Part shown: piece after piece, positions 25,851 through 38,540 of the stretch
Numbering within the stretch: position 1 is the first letter of the stretch
Layout of the letters: each line of letters starts with the position of its first letter
DNA from: Lama guanicoe
Taxonomy: Eukaryota
Length of the DNA: 64,000 bases
Direction of reading: 5' to 3'
NCBI GenBank assembly: GCA_013239625.1
Contig: MU054220.1
Coordinates: forward strand, 5,626,626-5,690,625
Position numbers and translations under genes: made by a program
The notes under the pieces: model-generated
What the model saw: only the letters and a program-made list of their open reading frames with translations
Told to the model about the DNA's origin: nothing
Databases searched by the model: none

Positions 25851-26167
25851 TAATATGCATGCCTCTCTGCTGCCTGCTTTCCCTTTTACAGCCTGAACTC
25901 CAGTCATGCTAAGTTACACCCCTTCATGCCTCCAAGCTTTGCTCACATGGCCCCTCTGACTAAGGTGTGCTTTTTCTCCTTGATTACTTAGCTTTCAGAA
26001 TAAGATAAAGTATCATTGTCTATGTAACTATTTTGACTCTTCATTCAATACTCTGTTGCTGCAGGTTTGAAAATGTGTTCCCTTTTGGTCTTTTGTACCT
26101 CTTATATTTATCACAGTGCCTATTGCACCCATGTTTGTATCTGCATCTTACAAATTTCCTTTGGCAC

Positions 26168-26407
26168 AGTGTTTCTCAACCTTTTTTAAAAAAATAATTG
26201 CCCTCCCAAGAATTCTTTTTGGACAGATCCCCACCCCAACTGTCTCTTTCCCCCATTAAAACTGTAATACCAACAATATATTCCATATCTCTGTATGCAT
26301 TGTATATACTGTGTTTTATACAATAAAAAGAGCAAGATTTTTCCACCCCCCAGAACAATCCATTTTTGTCCCTTTTGGGGCAATAATAGCCCTGTTGAGA
26401 ATGCATG
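26168..26407 (+). mobile_element. MER112-like hAT-Charlie element
   Basis: Termini 'cagtgtttctcaacc' and 'gttgagaatgcatg', internal 'aaaagagcaagattttttccacccccc', ~240 bp. Confidence 0.75.
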
Positions 26408-27150
26408 CTGTAGCATAATACCTGATTATATTAGGCATTTTGTAGGCATTTCTTGAATTAAGTAAGTAATGTTGACTTTTAGAAACTTAACACAAATGTC
26501 CTATCTGCATAGGGCAAACAGACGAAACCGAAAGGAAACTTTCCTGATTTATTTTTGCAGCCTGTTTCTGAGGTCCACGCCTCCTTCATCTTTCTGAGAC
26601 TGTTGTTTCAGCTAGGGTTCTTTCCGCTGAGAATTACAGATAGCCAGACTCCAAGTGACGAAAGCAAGGGATATTATCGTGGTAGGAAAGACTGGGAATA
26701 ATTTTAACTCCAGACACAGTTTATTTAAGAGCCTCAAAAAGTGTCACCAACACACTATTCTCTCAGTCTTTCAGGTCTACTCTGTTCTCCAACTTTATTT
26801 GACTTAGACTTGCCCTTCTTGGCTATAAAATCACTTCTACCAGCGCACTGGGTTACATCATTCAGGATTTTTTTTTTAAGAGGTAAGAGTAGGAGGCTTT
26901 ATTCTATTAGGGATAATTATATTATATTTCATTTCGTTGTTTGAGGCATATGCTAATCCCTGGGCCAGCCCCTGTAATCTGGGAGGACACAAGACAGCAC
27001 TGGGCTTCATTGCTATATTCTAGGGCAGGCCTGAGGTTGCAGGTTGGGAAGAACTGTTGAATGTCAAGAATTGGCTTTGAATGAAGAACTGAAGTTTTCA
27101 GAGGCACTGGGATACAACAATACCAAACGAGGATTCCTTCCCTGGGCTGT

Positions 27151-27502
27151 GTCGTGGGCTGAATTGTATCCCCCATGCCCATAATTCATCTGTTAAAGCC
27201 CTAACCCCCAATACTTCAGAATATGAGTGCGTTTGGAGATAGGACCTTTAAAGAGATAATTAAGGTAAAATGAAGGTATATGGACGGACCCTAATCCGTG
27301 TCTTTATAAGAGGAGATTAGGACTTAAAGACACAAGGGAAAAACAGTCATCTACATGCCAAGGAAAAAGGCCGTAGAAGAAATCAACCCTGCCAGCACCC
27401 TGATCCTGGGACTTGTAGCTTCCAGGATCGTGAAAAAATAAAGTTGTGTTGCCTAAGCCACCCAGCCTGGCTCTTGTTCCGGCGGCCCCGTGACCCAGTG
27501 CA
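27151..27502 (+). mobile_element. MaLR LTR (MLT1A/B-like)
   Basis: 'gggctgaattgtatcccc...ccctaacccccaatacttcagaat...tttggagataggacctttaaagag...caaccctgccagcaccctgatc...aaataaa'. Confidence 0.85.
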
Positions 27503-28065
27503 GGCCACGCATCTCTGGGGAGGGAGACGGCACGCGCTCTGACCACAGAATTCATTTTGCTCTTTAGTGTCTGTGAAATGAAGAGACATTAACCGTGGTT
27601 CAGAGAAGCTCTTAGCTAAGGCAGGTTATTGTACTGGGATGTGATCTCGGGTTTTGCTCTAAGGTCCTCTCACTGCAAAGATAAATTTGACGTTTAAGGC
27701 CTGTTCTGAGGTGAATTGTTATTGATAAATTTTGACACCTCAATCCATTTAAATCGGGTCCCTTAAATGCTGCCAGAGTGGAGATTATTTTTGGTCAGTT
27801 TTTCTTTCATAATCCCTGAAGGGTCGAACCCTGTGCTTTCGAGAGTGGGTACGACTACCAGGTTTAAGGGCGAGGCCAGTAGTTCAATGGCTGAGAAGAG
27901 ATGAAGGGATTCTCTTTTTCTTCAAACTCAAAGCAGAGGCAGAGCATACAACATCTTCCAAAAATGCTGGAAATTACCTTTTGTGGCAGCTTTGTTCTTT
28001 ACTGTGTGTGTGTTTAATTGCAGTTTGCGTTTGTAAGCTGCTTTTTTGAATGCAGTCTTCTCTAG

Positions 28066-28320
28066 GCAGTGTGGCTGGTGGTAAAAGTACGGCCTTTGGC
28101 ATAAAACGGGCCTTGGTTTATTACCTCATTTGACACTAGTCGGTTGTGCCAATGGTTAGGAAAGTTGTTTAAACTCTGTATTCCTCTTTATTAATTTCTG
28201 AAATTGCGATCCTAACAAGACTCACCTCACAGAGCTTCTGTAAGGATTGAATACGACAGTGCCCACGAAGTATCCAGCCTGATCCTGGGCCTATGTGAAG
28301 GGCTCCATGGTGCTTGTGTG
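28066..28320 (+). mobile_element. MIR SINE
   Basis: 'ggcagtgtggctggtggtaaaagtacgg...aagttgtttaaactctgt...cacctcacagagcttctgtaaggattgaa'. Confidence 0.65.
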
Positions 28321-30089
28321 CTGGGCTGGTATTAAATGGTAACTAGCAAAGGTAGCACTGAATACCAGAGACCATTTTGATCATAGCAGTGGAAGAAAGT
28401 GACATTGTTATTTGGCAAGCATCATTCAGGAGGGGGCACAGAGAAGGATGTGCATCACGCATGAAATTTGCTGCCAGCAGTATGTCAAACTCTCCTAAGT
28501 GTGAAACAATCAACTGTTATTATGTCAAGGATGAAGCCAAACGATGCTAAAATAGACCCACACCTGACCTATCTTTGGTTGGTTTGAATTTGTTTGTTCT
28601 CTTTATTAGAAGCTTATTATGTCTTTCCTGATTACCAGTTTCTTAATTTGTTTCCCTGGAATTCAGGAAGGATTCCCTCCGGGCTCTCTCTCCCTCACCC
28701 ACTTCAGTCTTTTCTATGGTGGAGTCTGGTTTTAGTCTTCTGACCTACCAGTTTTCAGATCTGGAGCAACTTCTGGCTGTACTTTTCAGCCGTTTTCTGC
28801 TTTTCAAAACTCACAGGGAAGTCCAATTTAATTTCATTGTCTTTTTGGTCTTGAATACTATATAAAAGCAAGATAAGGATTTAACCCTAGTAACTTTAGT
28901 TTAAGTAAGCAAAACTGTGGAGGGTATATAAAAAGTTACCTAGTTGGACAGATTTGTCTAATGTTTCTCATTGTCATAAGTATTTTATGTCAGCTGTTTC
29001 AAATTAGAGCTTCTTATGTATTTTATGTAGTGATTTAAAAGAAAGGGATCATATGACATGCTATGGGTATATGAAGAGATATATTTGTATTTCTTAAATA
29101 TTATATAGGTATGCATCTCTTTGTATATATGTGTGTAAATATATACATATATGCATATACACATGAATGTCTACACATGTATATGGTATACAAGATGACA
29201 ACATGTGTTCAATGCATGTTTACTGACTGCCGTGTGGTTGGTAGCTAATTGATATCAAATGGCAATAAATTCAGAGCCAATAAGTCTAACTGAGAATGCT
29301 GTGATACTAAAGAGTAGAGAGAGCTGGGGTCTTAATGACCATTAGTTAGAAACATAAGCATAGGACATTTTTCATGAGTCTTTTTGAATGTTCAGTGTGA
29401 AAACTTAAGGTGGGAAATTATTCACATATGGTCTAATGCACCTCATTGCTGATAAACAGTTTACTATATATGAGATGATGTATTATATAGGAGGGACACT
29501 GGAATAGGGAGTACAAGAAATTAGCTCCCAATAAGCTACCATATATAAATGAGTTGGCAACACGTCTTTTGTTTTTCTAGGCCTTGGTCTTCTCATCTAT
29601 ATAAAACAAGTCTGGGGAACAAAGGGTTGTCTAGGTCGTATCTAAGGACATTTCTCCTCTAATTTTCAAAGGTTCTGTCTTTGGTTTGTGATGAATGTGT
29701 CAGTGCACAATGACAGCTCATGTGACTAGGAGATTGTAAAAGGATGGAGGAGAGGAAGAAGGCATTAGAATTACGTGTATACATCGGTGGGGTTATATAG
29801 AAAGCACATAGGTCCTAGAGTTTAGAGTATTTAGGTTCTAATCCTCACTATGCAAATCAGGAGGAATCGCTTGATTTTTTCCCCTGACTTTTCTTATCCA
29901 TAATTGGACCATTTCTAGTGACATGATTCCCGCCTCATTCTGAATTCAGTGGTCATGGCATCCCTCAATAATTGAGGTAACTGGTAATGTGATGAAAGAC
30001 AGAGATGAACCTGGCTCACAGATGCACTGGGAATATTTATTGTTCATCTTAGATTCTTTTTCCTATGTCCTGCGGTTTAATTGCCCTGT

Positions 30090-30350
30090 ATAAAATAGCA
30101 CGATGGTTGAGAGTGGGGGCTCTGGAGTCAGTCTACCTCGGTTTGAGTTTCAGCTTCATCACTTACGAGCATATGATGTGACCGGACATTTTACTTAAGC
30201 AATCTTTGCCTCATTTCCCTCATGTTTAAAGTGGCCATGATTATAGTACCACCTCCCAGGACTGTAATGAGGAGTAAATGAGTTAAAACATGAAGAGCTT
30301 GGAATGAAGCCTGGTACATCATAAGTGCTTAATAAATGTTAGCTGTTACT
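30090..30350 (+). mobile_element. MIR SINE
   Basis: Near-full MIR: 'tggttgagagtgggggctctggagtcag...gcctcatttccctcat...taagtgcttaataaatgttagctg'. Confidence 0.85.
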
Positions 30351-31589
30351 GTGTCCATTTCAATATCCATTCTATATCCATGCTTTGTCTTGAGCTAGGA
30401 CACAGTTGTTTCACACCCCTCTGGTATCTCCTTAATATCTCCTAAGAATTTTGATTCAGGTGAGGAGAGAGAAGGAAAAAGCACAATGGGATAGAGATAG
30501 AGATTGGGAAGAGCTCTGGATAAAGGATTAAGGTGAATAGTCTAAAACGAGAAAAACAAAAAATAAGAGTAACCACACTGACCACAAGAGCTAATTTCAT
30601 ATTAGCTGGCAAATCTGTTATTTTTCTGACAGTCACTAATTTTCCTGAGGAAGATAAGGGGGTATGGGCTTGTTTCTCCCATCATCCCTTCTCCTGATGC
30701 TATGATTCTTTAATTTGTTACATCATCTTTTGTCCTATGCACATGTAGATACATGTTATATAATATTATGTACTCTATTCTTATTTTCCAGCCAAGGTCA
30801 AATGTATATCTCATCCACCTCACATGCTTAAGAATCCCCAGCATACTGACACATATACAAAGATGCTCAGTACATTTTATTGAATAATGTACTGGATAAA
30901 AATTATGTAAAGGTCTCATGAAACCCTACAGAAGCACACATTTTTAACCAGATTAAGTGCAGATTTTTTTTCCCATTTTTGTTATTTCCGCAGTGTCAAA
31001 CATTCAGAAGTCTATGTTTTAAGCGGATTTTTTTTTTGCATTCACATAGCAGACATAACAGTTTCCCTGCTTCTGTTTTCTACATAGAAAATTTCAAAGC
31101 ATTCTAATAATAAATCCTATGAAAGGTTTTGACCGTAATGGTTTTTCAAAGCTTCAATACAAAGAAACTCAGTTAAGACCAGGCCATAAATAAGACCTCA
31201 GTGCTGAAGCAAGGGAAGGCCCTGTATATCTAAACCCATTAAATGAATCATTTATTTTGCTACTCATCTGTCATGTTTTGAAGGTCACATAACAATGCTT
31301 ATTTCTTACGGCCCATCGGCAAGCTGTAGAATCAGAGGCTGAACCAAGTCCTTGAGTTAAATACTTGTGATGGTTAATTGTATTTCCAGGACTAATACCT
31401 ACAGTTATGTTCACTGGGTAAAATCGAATCTCATGCCCTGGGAGGGCACAGCATGCCTGCAAGGGCACGGAAAGGATTTCTCCACATCGCATCTAGCCTC
31501 TGAATAGTTGTGTCACATTGAAATATTTTTGGAATGTGGTCAGCCTTTTTGTCTCCCCAGATACATGCCTAGGAGATTTTTACAAGTTG

Positions 31590-31850
31590 AAGTGGCATAA
31601 TAGTGTAGAAAGGATGTGCCTGAGAAGCAGATGGATCTGGGTTTGAAACTCCATTTGGCCACTTATATACGGTTTGTCATTAGACAAGTTGCTTGACCTC
31701 TCTGGGCCTCCTTTTTCTTATCTATAAGTGAGGCTAATGCTATCTATCTTACAAGGTTGCTGGGAAGATATAATGATTCAGAATAGGTAAAGTGACTTTC
31801 ACAGTGCCTGACATAGAATAGAATCTCTCAGTGTATGTTATTAGCTTCCA
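31590..31850 (+). mobile_element. MIR SINE
   Basis: 'gatctgggtttgaaactcc...acaagttgcttgacctctctgggcctc...cacagtgcctgacatag'. Confidence 0.8.
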
Positions 31851-31978
31851 TTTTCTGTATTCTCATAGCTGGAGTCACTTTTGTTAGACTCCACCCCAGA
31901 GGTGTGCAGGAGAGCCTCTGGCAATCCTCATAAGATTGTTCTTCATGTTGCTATATGTTCTATTTATTGTCTTACATT

Positions 31979-32970
31979 TTTGTTAAACTTCAGTTTATTA
32001 AGTTGTAACTCATACACAGTAAAGTGCAGAAATCTTCTGTGTATAGCTTAATGGATTTTAACATATATATATATATACACCCATGTAACTGCCACCTCCA
32101 TCAAGATATAGAAAATCTCCAGCACCTGGGAGGTTCTCTTGTGCCTTTTTCTAGGCGATTACACCAAGGACCAGCTGCGTAATTTGCAGCTCACCGTCCA
32201 AAGTGAAAATCTGGAGCCCCTTGTTCAAAAAATATTAAGAATGTCAAGGTGGTGAGAGCAGAGCATTAAAGTGAGCACAAGACCTTTCTACGTCTGGAGC
32301 CTTGTGAGACATGAGCCCCCGAAGCCTGCCGGAATTACATGCCTCACCAGCAGAGCTAACTCCACTTCCAACTTCCATTGCTATCTGTTGTATTTATGCA
32401 CTTTACATAAATGGAATTAAGCGGTTCATACTCATTTGCATTTTTTATCCCTCAACATGGTGTCTGTGAGAATCATCCATGACATTACATGTTTTAGTAG
32501 TTTTAATTTTTCTTGCTGTGTATATTCCATTGTATAAAACTATACTCCAATTTACTTATCTGTTCTCCTGTCGATAGATATTTGGATTGTGTCCAGTTTT
32601 AGGCTGTTATAAATAAGGCTGCTTGTGTATGTGTTTTGGTGGACATATGCACTGATTTCTCTTGGGCCTATATTTAGGAATGAAATTGATGAGTTATGGG
32701 CAAAACAATCTAATAGGCACTTCATGTGAAATCATTACACATCAGGGAAATGAAAATTTAGAACCACAAAGAGCTCCCACTGAACACTTGCCAGAATGGC
32801 TAACATTAAAAAGCCTGAAGAGTCCATATCACAGTGAGGATATAGAAGACTTGGAACTCTCATACACGCTGCAGGGAGTATAATTGGGTTGCCATGGAAA
32901 ACTTTTAGGCAGTACTTGCCTAAGCAAAACATATACCTGACTTATGATCCAGCAGTTCCACTCCTGGATA
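31979..32970 (-). mobile_element. Old L1 3' end with an inverted 5' segment (32705-32970 reads sense on +)
   Basis: Antisense 3'UTR and ORF2 end over 31979-32705, then sense L1 'catcagggaaatgaaaatt...tatgatccagcagttccactcctggata'. Degraded TSD-like flanks at 31961-31978 and 32971-32987. Confidence 0.75.
32165..32332 (-). mobile_element. MER45A-like hAT-Tip100 element nested in the L1
   Basis: 'gtaatttgc...gaaaatctggagccccttgttcaaaaaatattaagaat..caag...gcagagcattaaa'; 8-bp TSD gattacac / aattacat. Confidence 0.8.
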
Positions 32971-35483
32971 TATTTATTTTCTACCTTCTGAAGTCACTTT
33001 GAGGAAACATCTAAAATAAATTTCAACCTTATTCTTCCTTTATTAATATGCTGCAGTGGCCCTTTGCAGTGAAAGTTAAACAGTCACACCTAAGTTAACT
33101 ACATGTTTATTATATAACCTGCATAAAAGCTCCTGCTGCATTACTTCTGTTCCCCCACCTGTAGTTAAAAGATGGGTCGAGGCAAAGAAGGCCTGATGGG
33201 TTATCAGTAGGCTGTCATTAAGAAGCATTTTTTATTTCCCATTTTAAAAAACTTATTAGTGGAGGAGAGTAGGAATAAGGCACACAGGCACTTGGTGTTT
33301 TGTGACGTGAATGTTAATGGGCCTCAGATACATCCCTGTGAGACATGAGTGCCAGCTGATGTATGGAATGTATTCAGAAATGTCCCCATCACAAATGTGA
33401 CACTTTAGTGCATTAGATTCAGTCTCACCTACTTCCTTGGTTTCCAAACACTCGTCCACAGAATACGTCCTGTGTTCTGAGGAAATTTTAGAAAAGTCAG
33501 ATTCCCTGTCATTATCCCTTGGAGGTAGATTCTGCTTCAGCAGATCTGGACTAGGACTCCGAATATGCATTTTCCAGAAGCTTCTCTGGTGATTCAGCAG
33601 CCAATCCTGGCCAAGGCAGAGCATGTAACAACAACAACTATTAGACCTGTGGACCTTGGATGAACCGCTTGCCTATTCAGCTGGAGCCCAGATACTCAGC
33701 CGAGCTTTCCCAGCTCCCTCCCCAGATGGCTATACCATTTTCTTAATCTCTGTGAAAGCCAAAAATTAAAGTCCTAAGAAGAGATTGATGTCACCACTTA
33801 CCTGACAAGAGTATAATCCATCTTCTTTGGCAGGACCTACTCGTTGGATGGATCCATCCTTCTTGAATAATAAGTGCCTAAACTCTTAAGCTAATCACCT
33901 TGCCCTTGGCCCTCTCAGGTGTTTCTGACAGAGCCAACCTCTGTAGCTGAGCCAGGTAATAATTACGATCATCTGTTGTACATTTACTTTGGCCTAGAGT
34001 CTTTGCACGTTTATTATCTCATTTAATCCTTGCAACAGTTTCTGTGAGCTTGATACCGTGATAATGCTTATACTATAAGTGGGAGAACAAAGACCTGGAA
34101 CAGTCAGGGGACTTGCCTAATTGGTGTTCTGGTAGATTGCAGGAGGGCTGTGGCACTACACAGCTCTCACACCTTGGGGTGAGTGTATTCGGGGTTACTA
34201 AGGGAAAAACCAGGTTTTGAACACAAGTGTTTCTGATTCTTGAGATGCTGTTTAGTGTCTATTCCTGGCTTCCTTGCCCCCTAACTGAAACACATTGTTT
34301 AGATGGCAACACGTATTGCATTAGAACATAGCTTTTATTTGTCATGTTATAACATTTGACTTGGAGTTCTGGGACGCCGATGAAAGGGGTCTTCATTCTG
34401 TGGCAGCGCTGATCTCTTTTCCACCAAACGTGTAAAAGTGCAGGCATCAGGGCTTGTTTCACAATGAAGCCCTGCCGCAGACTATACATAAATCGAATTG
34501 CTCTTCTTAGTTACGTTTTCATGATGCCCACAGTTGTTTGACCCAAATAAATAGATAAATTACTCAGGCTGTTATAAACATTCCAATCCATTTGGCGATC
34601 CCTTTATTAAATGAAACAGGTCCTTTTATTCCTTTCAGATACTGCCTGTTAATAGAATAATCTCAAAGCTATTAGCATTTAAAGAGGAATTAGACAAAGA
34701 TGTCCTGAATTGTCCCTTCTCCTGGCTCCTAGTGCTCATGGGACCCTTGCTTTAGCTAATTAGCCTGAAATGAGTATTAAGTGCATTGATCTCTATCAAG
34801 CACATCCTGGAAGGAAAGCTTTTGTGAATGTCATTTCAGTTGCACACTTTGTTTGCCCATACCTAAGTGTCCAACCCGAAACAATAGGCACTGGGAACAT
34901 TCCAGAATTCAAACAAAACAAAATCTGTAAAGGGTAACACAGAAGTGCTCTTAGATTTCATGAAATGCCTTTGCTTAAGCCCCAGACCCACATGATTTAA
35001 CTTTATTTCCATGGGAACCAACAGAAAAAAGTATAAGATCTCTTCCTTTTTCTCTCAAACCCCCAGAAAGTTGAGAAGAATGGTGCCTTGTGGTGTAGCA
35101 TAGGAATTAAGTGCTCTTCTCTGGAAACAGACAGACCCGGTTTTAGATCCTGACTCAGACCTCTATAAACTGTAAGATCTCGAACAAATAATCTCCTTAA
35201 ACCTACTTTACATACCTTTAGTATGAATAAAATTCTTTAATATATTCCTTACATTGTAGTGTTGTGAAATGGACAAAGTAAAATCATTCAACAAATATTG
35301 GTTATTATTAATAATAAAGATTGGCATAAATGTCCTGGGACATGGCATCAAAAAATAGCAAGAGTCCAACTCTTGCCAGCTAAATGTTAAAATTACCAGA
35401 GGTGAGAAGAGAACATTTTCTTTCTTCTGTTTGGGGGACAGTGTGGTATGGCAGTGTAGTGGGAATAAAAATTGAAGTTTGAT

Positions 35484-36131
35484 TGTTGCTGATAGATGCA
35501 ACCGGTGTTACAGGTTTTTGTCCCGTCCCGGAAAGAATTCAGAGACAAGACGTAGTGGTTAAAAAAAGTAAAGTGAGGATTTATTAAAGGATGGATAGTA
35601 CACTCTCAAGGGGAGAGTGGGCAGGCTCAGGTGAGTGGCTGGCCTGAGTTTCTTTGGCAAGTTAGTTACATAGAGTGTAAAAATGAATGGGCGGAATATT
35701 CATTGGGGAGGGAGGGGTTTGGGGTCGTACCCTGATTATCAACTCCACCTTCCCAAAGGGAGAAGGGAATTTTGTCCTTATTTAGTCTGGATCCGAAGTG
35801 TCATGGTGTCAGTGCATGATGGGTACTTCTGATCTGCAAGGCTAATTTTATTGAAATGAGGGCATAATGAGCAAAAGGTTATATTCAGACCTGGAAATTC
35901 CTGCATTTTCTCTCCTTTCTTTGTTCTTCTCCAGGACACTTGTCACCCCAAAAGGCATGATCCCTTATCAGCCCAAAGGTTCCTGCTTTTCTTTCTCTGC
36001 CCAGGGACCCCTGCTTACATGATGCATGGTTTCCTGCATTTGGCCTGTGCCCCTCCTTTCTGCCCAATTCCTGCCATTTGGTCTGTGTCCCCCTTTCTCT
36101 GCTCATATGTAGCTATCTGCCTGCTCTAACA
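35484..36131 (-). mobile_element. ERV1-type solo LTR (648 bp) inserted in a MIR
   Basis: TG...CA termini and a perfect 4-bp TSD tgat (35480-35483 / 36132-36135). AATAAA on the - strand at 35580-35585; MIR sequence continues on both sides. Confidence 0.9.
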
Positions 36132-37904
36132 TGATGACAATAAAGACCTAAATATGGGTCCACATTCTGTCTCTGATTTAGGGCATATTGTTTAAGCTCT
36201 TTGAAGTCGAGTGGCTTTATCTGTAAAATGGAGATGGTTGCACTTACTTCCAAGTGCTACATTGTCTGGATTTAATGAGGACGTGTTCATCAAACACCTA
36301 GCACACTAATTGTGCTCAGTATGTTGTGGTTCTGTTTTCCTTTTCCTTTTCTGGGCCAGATATTAATGTTCCTCCCACTGACAGAGCTGAGAGAGGAGAT
36401 GGAACTGGAAAGGTGAGAGGCAGTCAGTGCACCTGGGTGTGAAGGAGGCTGCAGGGAAGCAACCAGTGGTTAGATACAAAAGTAAGGTGACCTTCAGCTT
36501 TGTAACTCCAGTTTCTCTTACTCTTCCAACACTGCCCCCCTCCCTGGAATCTAGCTGAAATGATAACTCCCCAATACTTGAAAAACTATAAACTGTTTTT
36601 CAAGAAAAAACACCCATCATACCCTTGAAAACATGCTCGCTTTTGTAGAGTCATTTTCCTCTTTCTGCTACTTTACTTTGATTCATAGAGAAAGGCAGCA
36701 TGAATTCTTTTCTGCCCTCTAGGTCAGTCCTATGCTTTTTCTGCAGATGGAAGATTTAGTTGGTCGGAAAGTCAGGGAGAGATTAGAACAACATATGTGC
36801 TTCTCCTGAGGTTGGGAAAACATCTTTTCTAATCAACAATGACAAATCTGGAGCCTGCACCTCCAGCCAGGCAGAGCCACATGGGGCGGAGGTGGGGGAC
36901 TCTCTCAAGAGGATCTGACTTGATTCCTGCACTTCCTCGGCAATCCCAACCCTCTAACCACTGCCTAAGTGCACCACAGGCTCCAGAGCCCTCCTGCTGG
37001 AGCTGCAGGGCTGGCTGCAGATCCTCCTTCATCTGCCTCAGCATTTGAGTCGCACGTGTCTCGTGTCTCGGTCACAATAAGGCACCTGCACAGGCACTGC
37101 CCTTGTCACCATGACAACCAGCACAGGTGGGGATTAGGCTGGCGGCACAGAAGGAGATCATATTCCTGCTGTCCTGCTGGTGGTGCTGCTGACACGCGCT
37201 CCTTCCCACAGCCGCTGTGACACTACCTGGGTGGCCTTTCACGTCCACTTCTGGGGGGAGGGAGGGGAAGGGAGGGAAGAGGATGGGGCTAAAAGCTGGA
37301 TTCTGGAAGCAGCTCAGGTGTTGGAAGGCAAAGTTCGCAGGATCTAGGGAAGCAGCGGGCCACCTTTCTTCATCACCTGTTAATGCTGTCTAAGCTGCAG
37401 TCTTCTAACACATGAGGTGCTTTCCTCTTGAGCAGGAAGAGTTAAAAAAAATTCAGTCGATTATTTATTGAGGCTTCCTGATGCTTAACAAGCCACTCAT
37501 CTCACAGGCCTCCAATTCTACCTCCCACCAGCAAAGGAGCTGGTCTCAGTAAAGCAGAATGAAAACTACAGAATCTTTGAAATGACGGGTTTGAATCCCA
37601 GCTCTGCGTCTTTCAAGCTATGTGCATTCTGTCAGCTCCTGACCTCTCTGAGGCACTCAAATCAGGCACTGATTGCTGATCAACAAATCTATCCCTCTTT
37701 CATTATGAAGGTAGTAAGATGGTGGCAAATGTAATGTCCCCAGCACACCTATGGCCCAGATAGACAAATAATTGTGGCCTTTATCATATTACAATGAACA
37801 CAGAGGTACCGATGAGTTAAAATTAAGGTTTTGAGCTTCTTTTTTGGAAATAGTGGGAATTGATAGAAAATATTCTCTCAGGAGCCTGAAGCAGCTAGTG
37901 CCTG

Positions 37905-38372
37905 TGTTACGGAAACGACAGGCCAGCCAAGAAACAAGCACCACTCGGAGGGTTGGAGTACTCAGATGTATTATGCCGGCGGGCTCAGAGAGGCTTCTGC
38001 TCTGAAGCTCTGAGCACCTCCAAGACGTGCACATGAGGTTTTATAGGGTAAATTACAAGCTTGGGGTATTCGGCCAATAGACCAATAGGCACAGCTTTAG
38101 CAGCAGCATCATCACAAAAGTGGAGGCGGGGAGGCAGCAAGCCAACATTCCAAAGCCAGATATGTATCTTTGAAAACCCAGCTGGCTAGCAAAAAAACAT
38201 GACCAGCAAACCAACACTAGTTAACCTAGATTTACAAGTTAGTCAAGCAGAACTCAGGTCAGTATTCCAATACTTAGATTTGTGAGTTACCTTGTTAGAC
38301 CAGCCCAGCCTCTCCTTCACATTCCTAGACTTATGAGTTATCTTGTCAGACCAGCCCGGTTTTTCCTTCACA
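37905..38372 (-). mobile_element. ERV1-type solo LTR (468 bp), a different family from 35484-36131
   Basis: TG...CA termini and TSD cctg / tctg. On the - strand, TATAAAA (38039-38045) and AATACA (37967-37972); two CCAAT boxes (38074, 38082); CpGs retained. Confidence 0.85.
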
Positions 38373-38386
38373 TCTGAATACTGTAA

Positions 38387-38540
38387 CAGTCATTCTCTAA
38401 GTGTGTACCTGGGACCCGTAGCATCGGCATCACATGGGGGCTTGTTGAAGATGCAGATTCTTTGGCACCACCCTGCTGAGGTCCTGAATCAGAATTCTGG
38501 GGGTGGGGCTCAGCAATCTGTCTTAACAAGCCCTGCTTAA
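38387..38540 (+). mobile_element. MER5A-like hAT-Charlie element
   Basis: 'agcatcggcatcacatgggggcttgttgaagatgcagattct...ctgaatcagaattctgggggtggggctcagcaatctgtcttaacaagccct'. Confidence 0.85.

Noticed and set aside
36829..37220. Overlapping ORFs in the GC-richer segment as a coding exon
   Set aside because: No recognisable protein similarity or convincing splice-site pair; open frames are expected at higher GC.
35484..38372. Two LTRs as the ends of one provirus
   Set aside because: They are unrelated in sequence and each has its own 4-bp TSD. The interval holds MIRs and no PBS, gag or pol.
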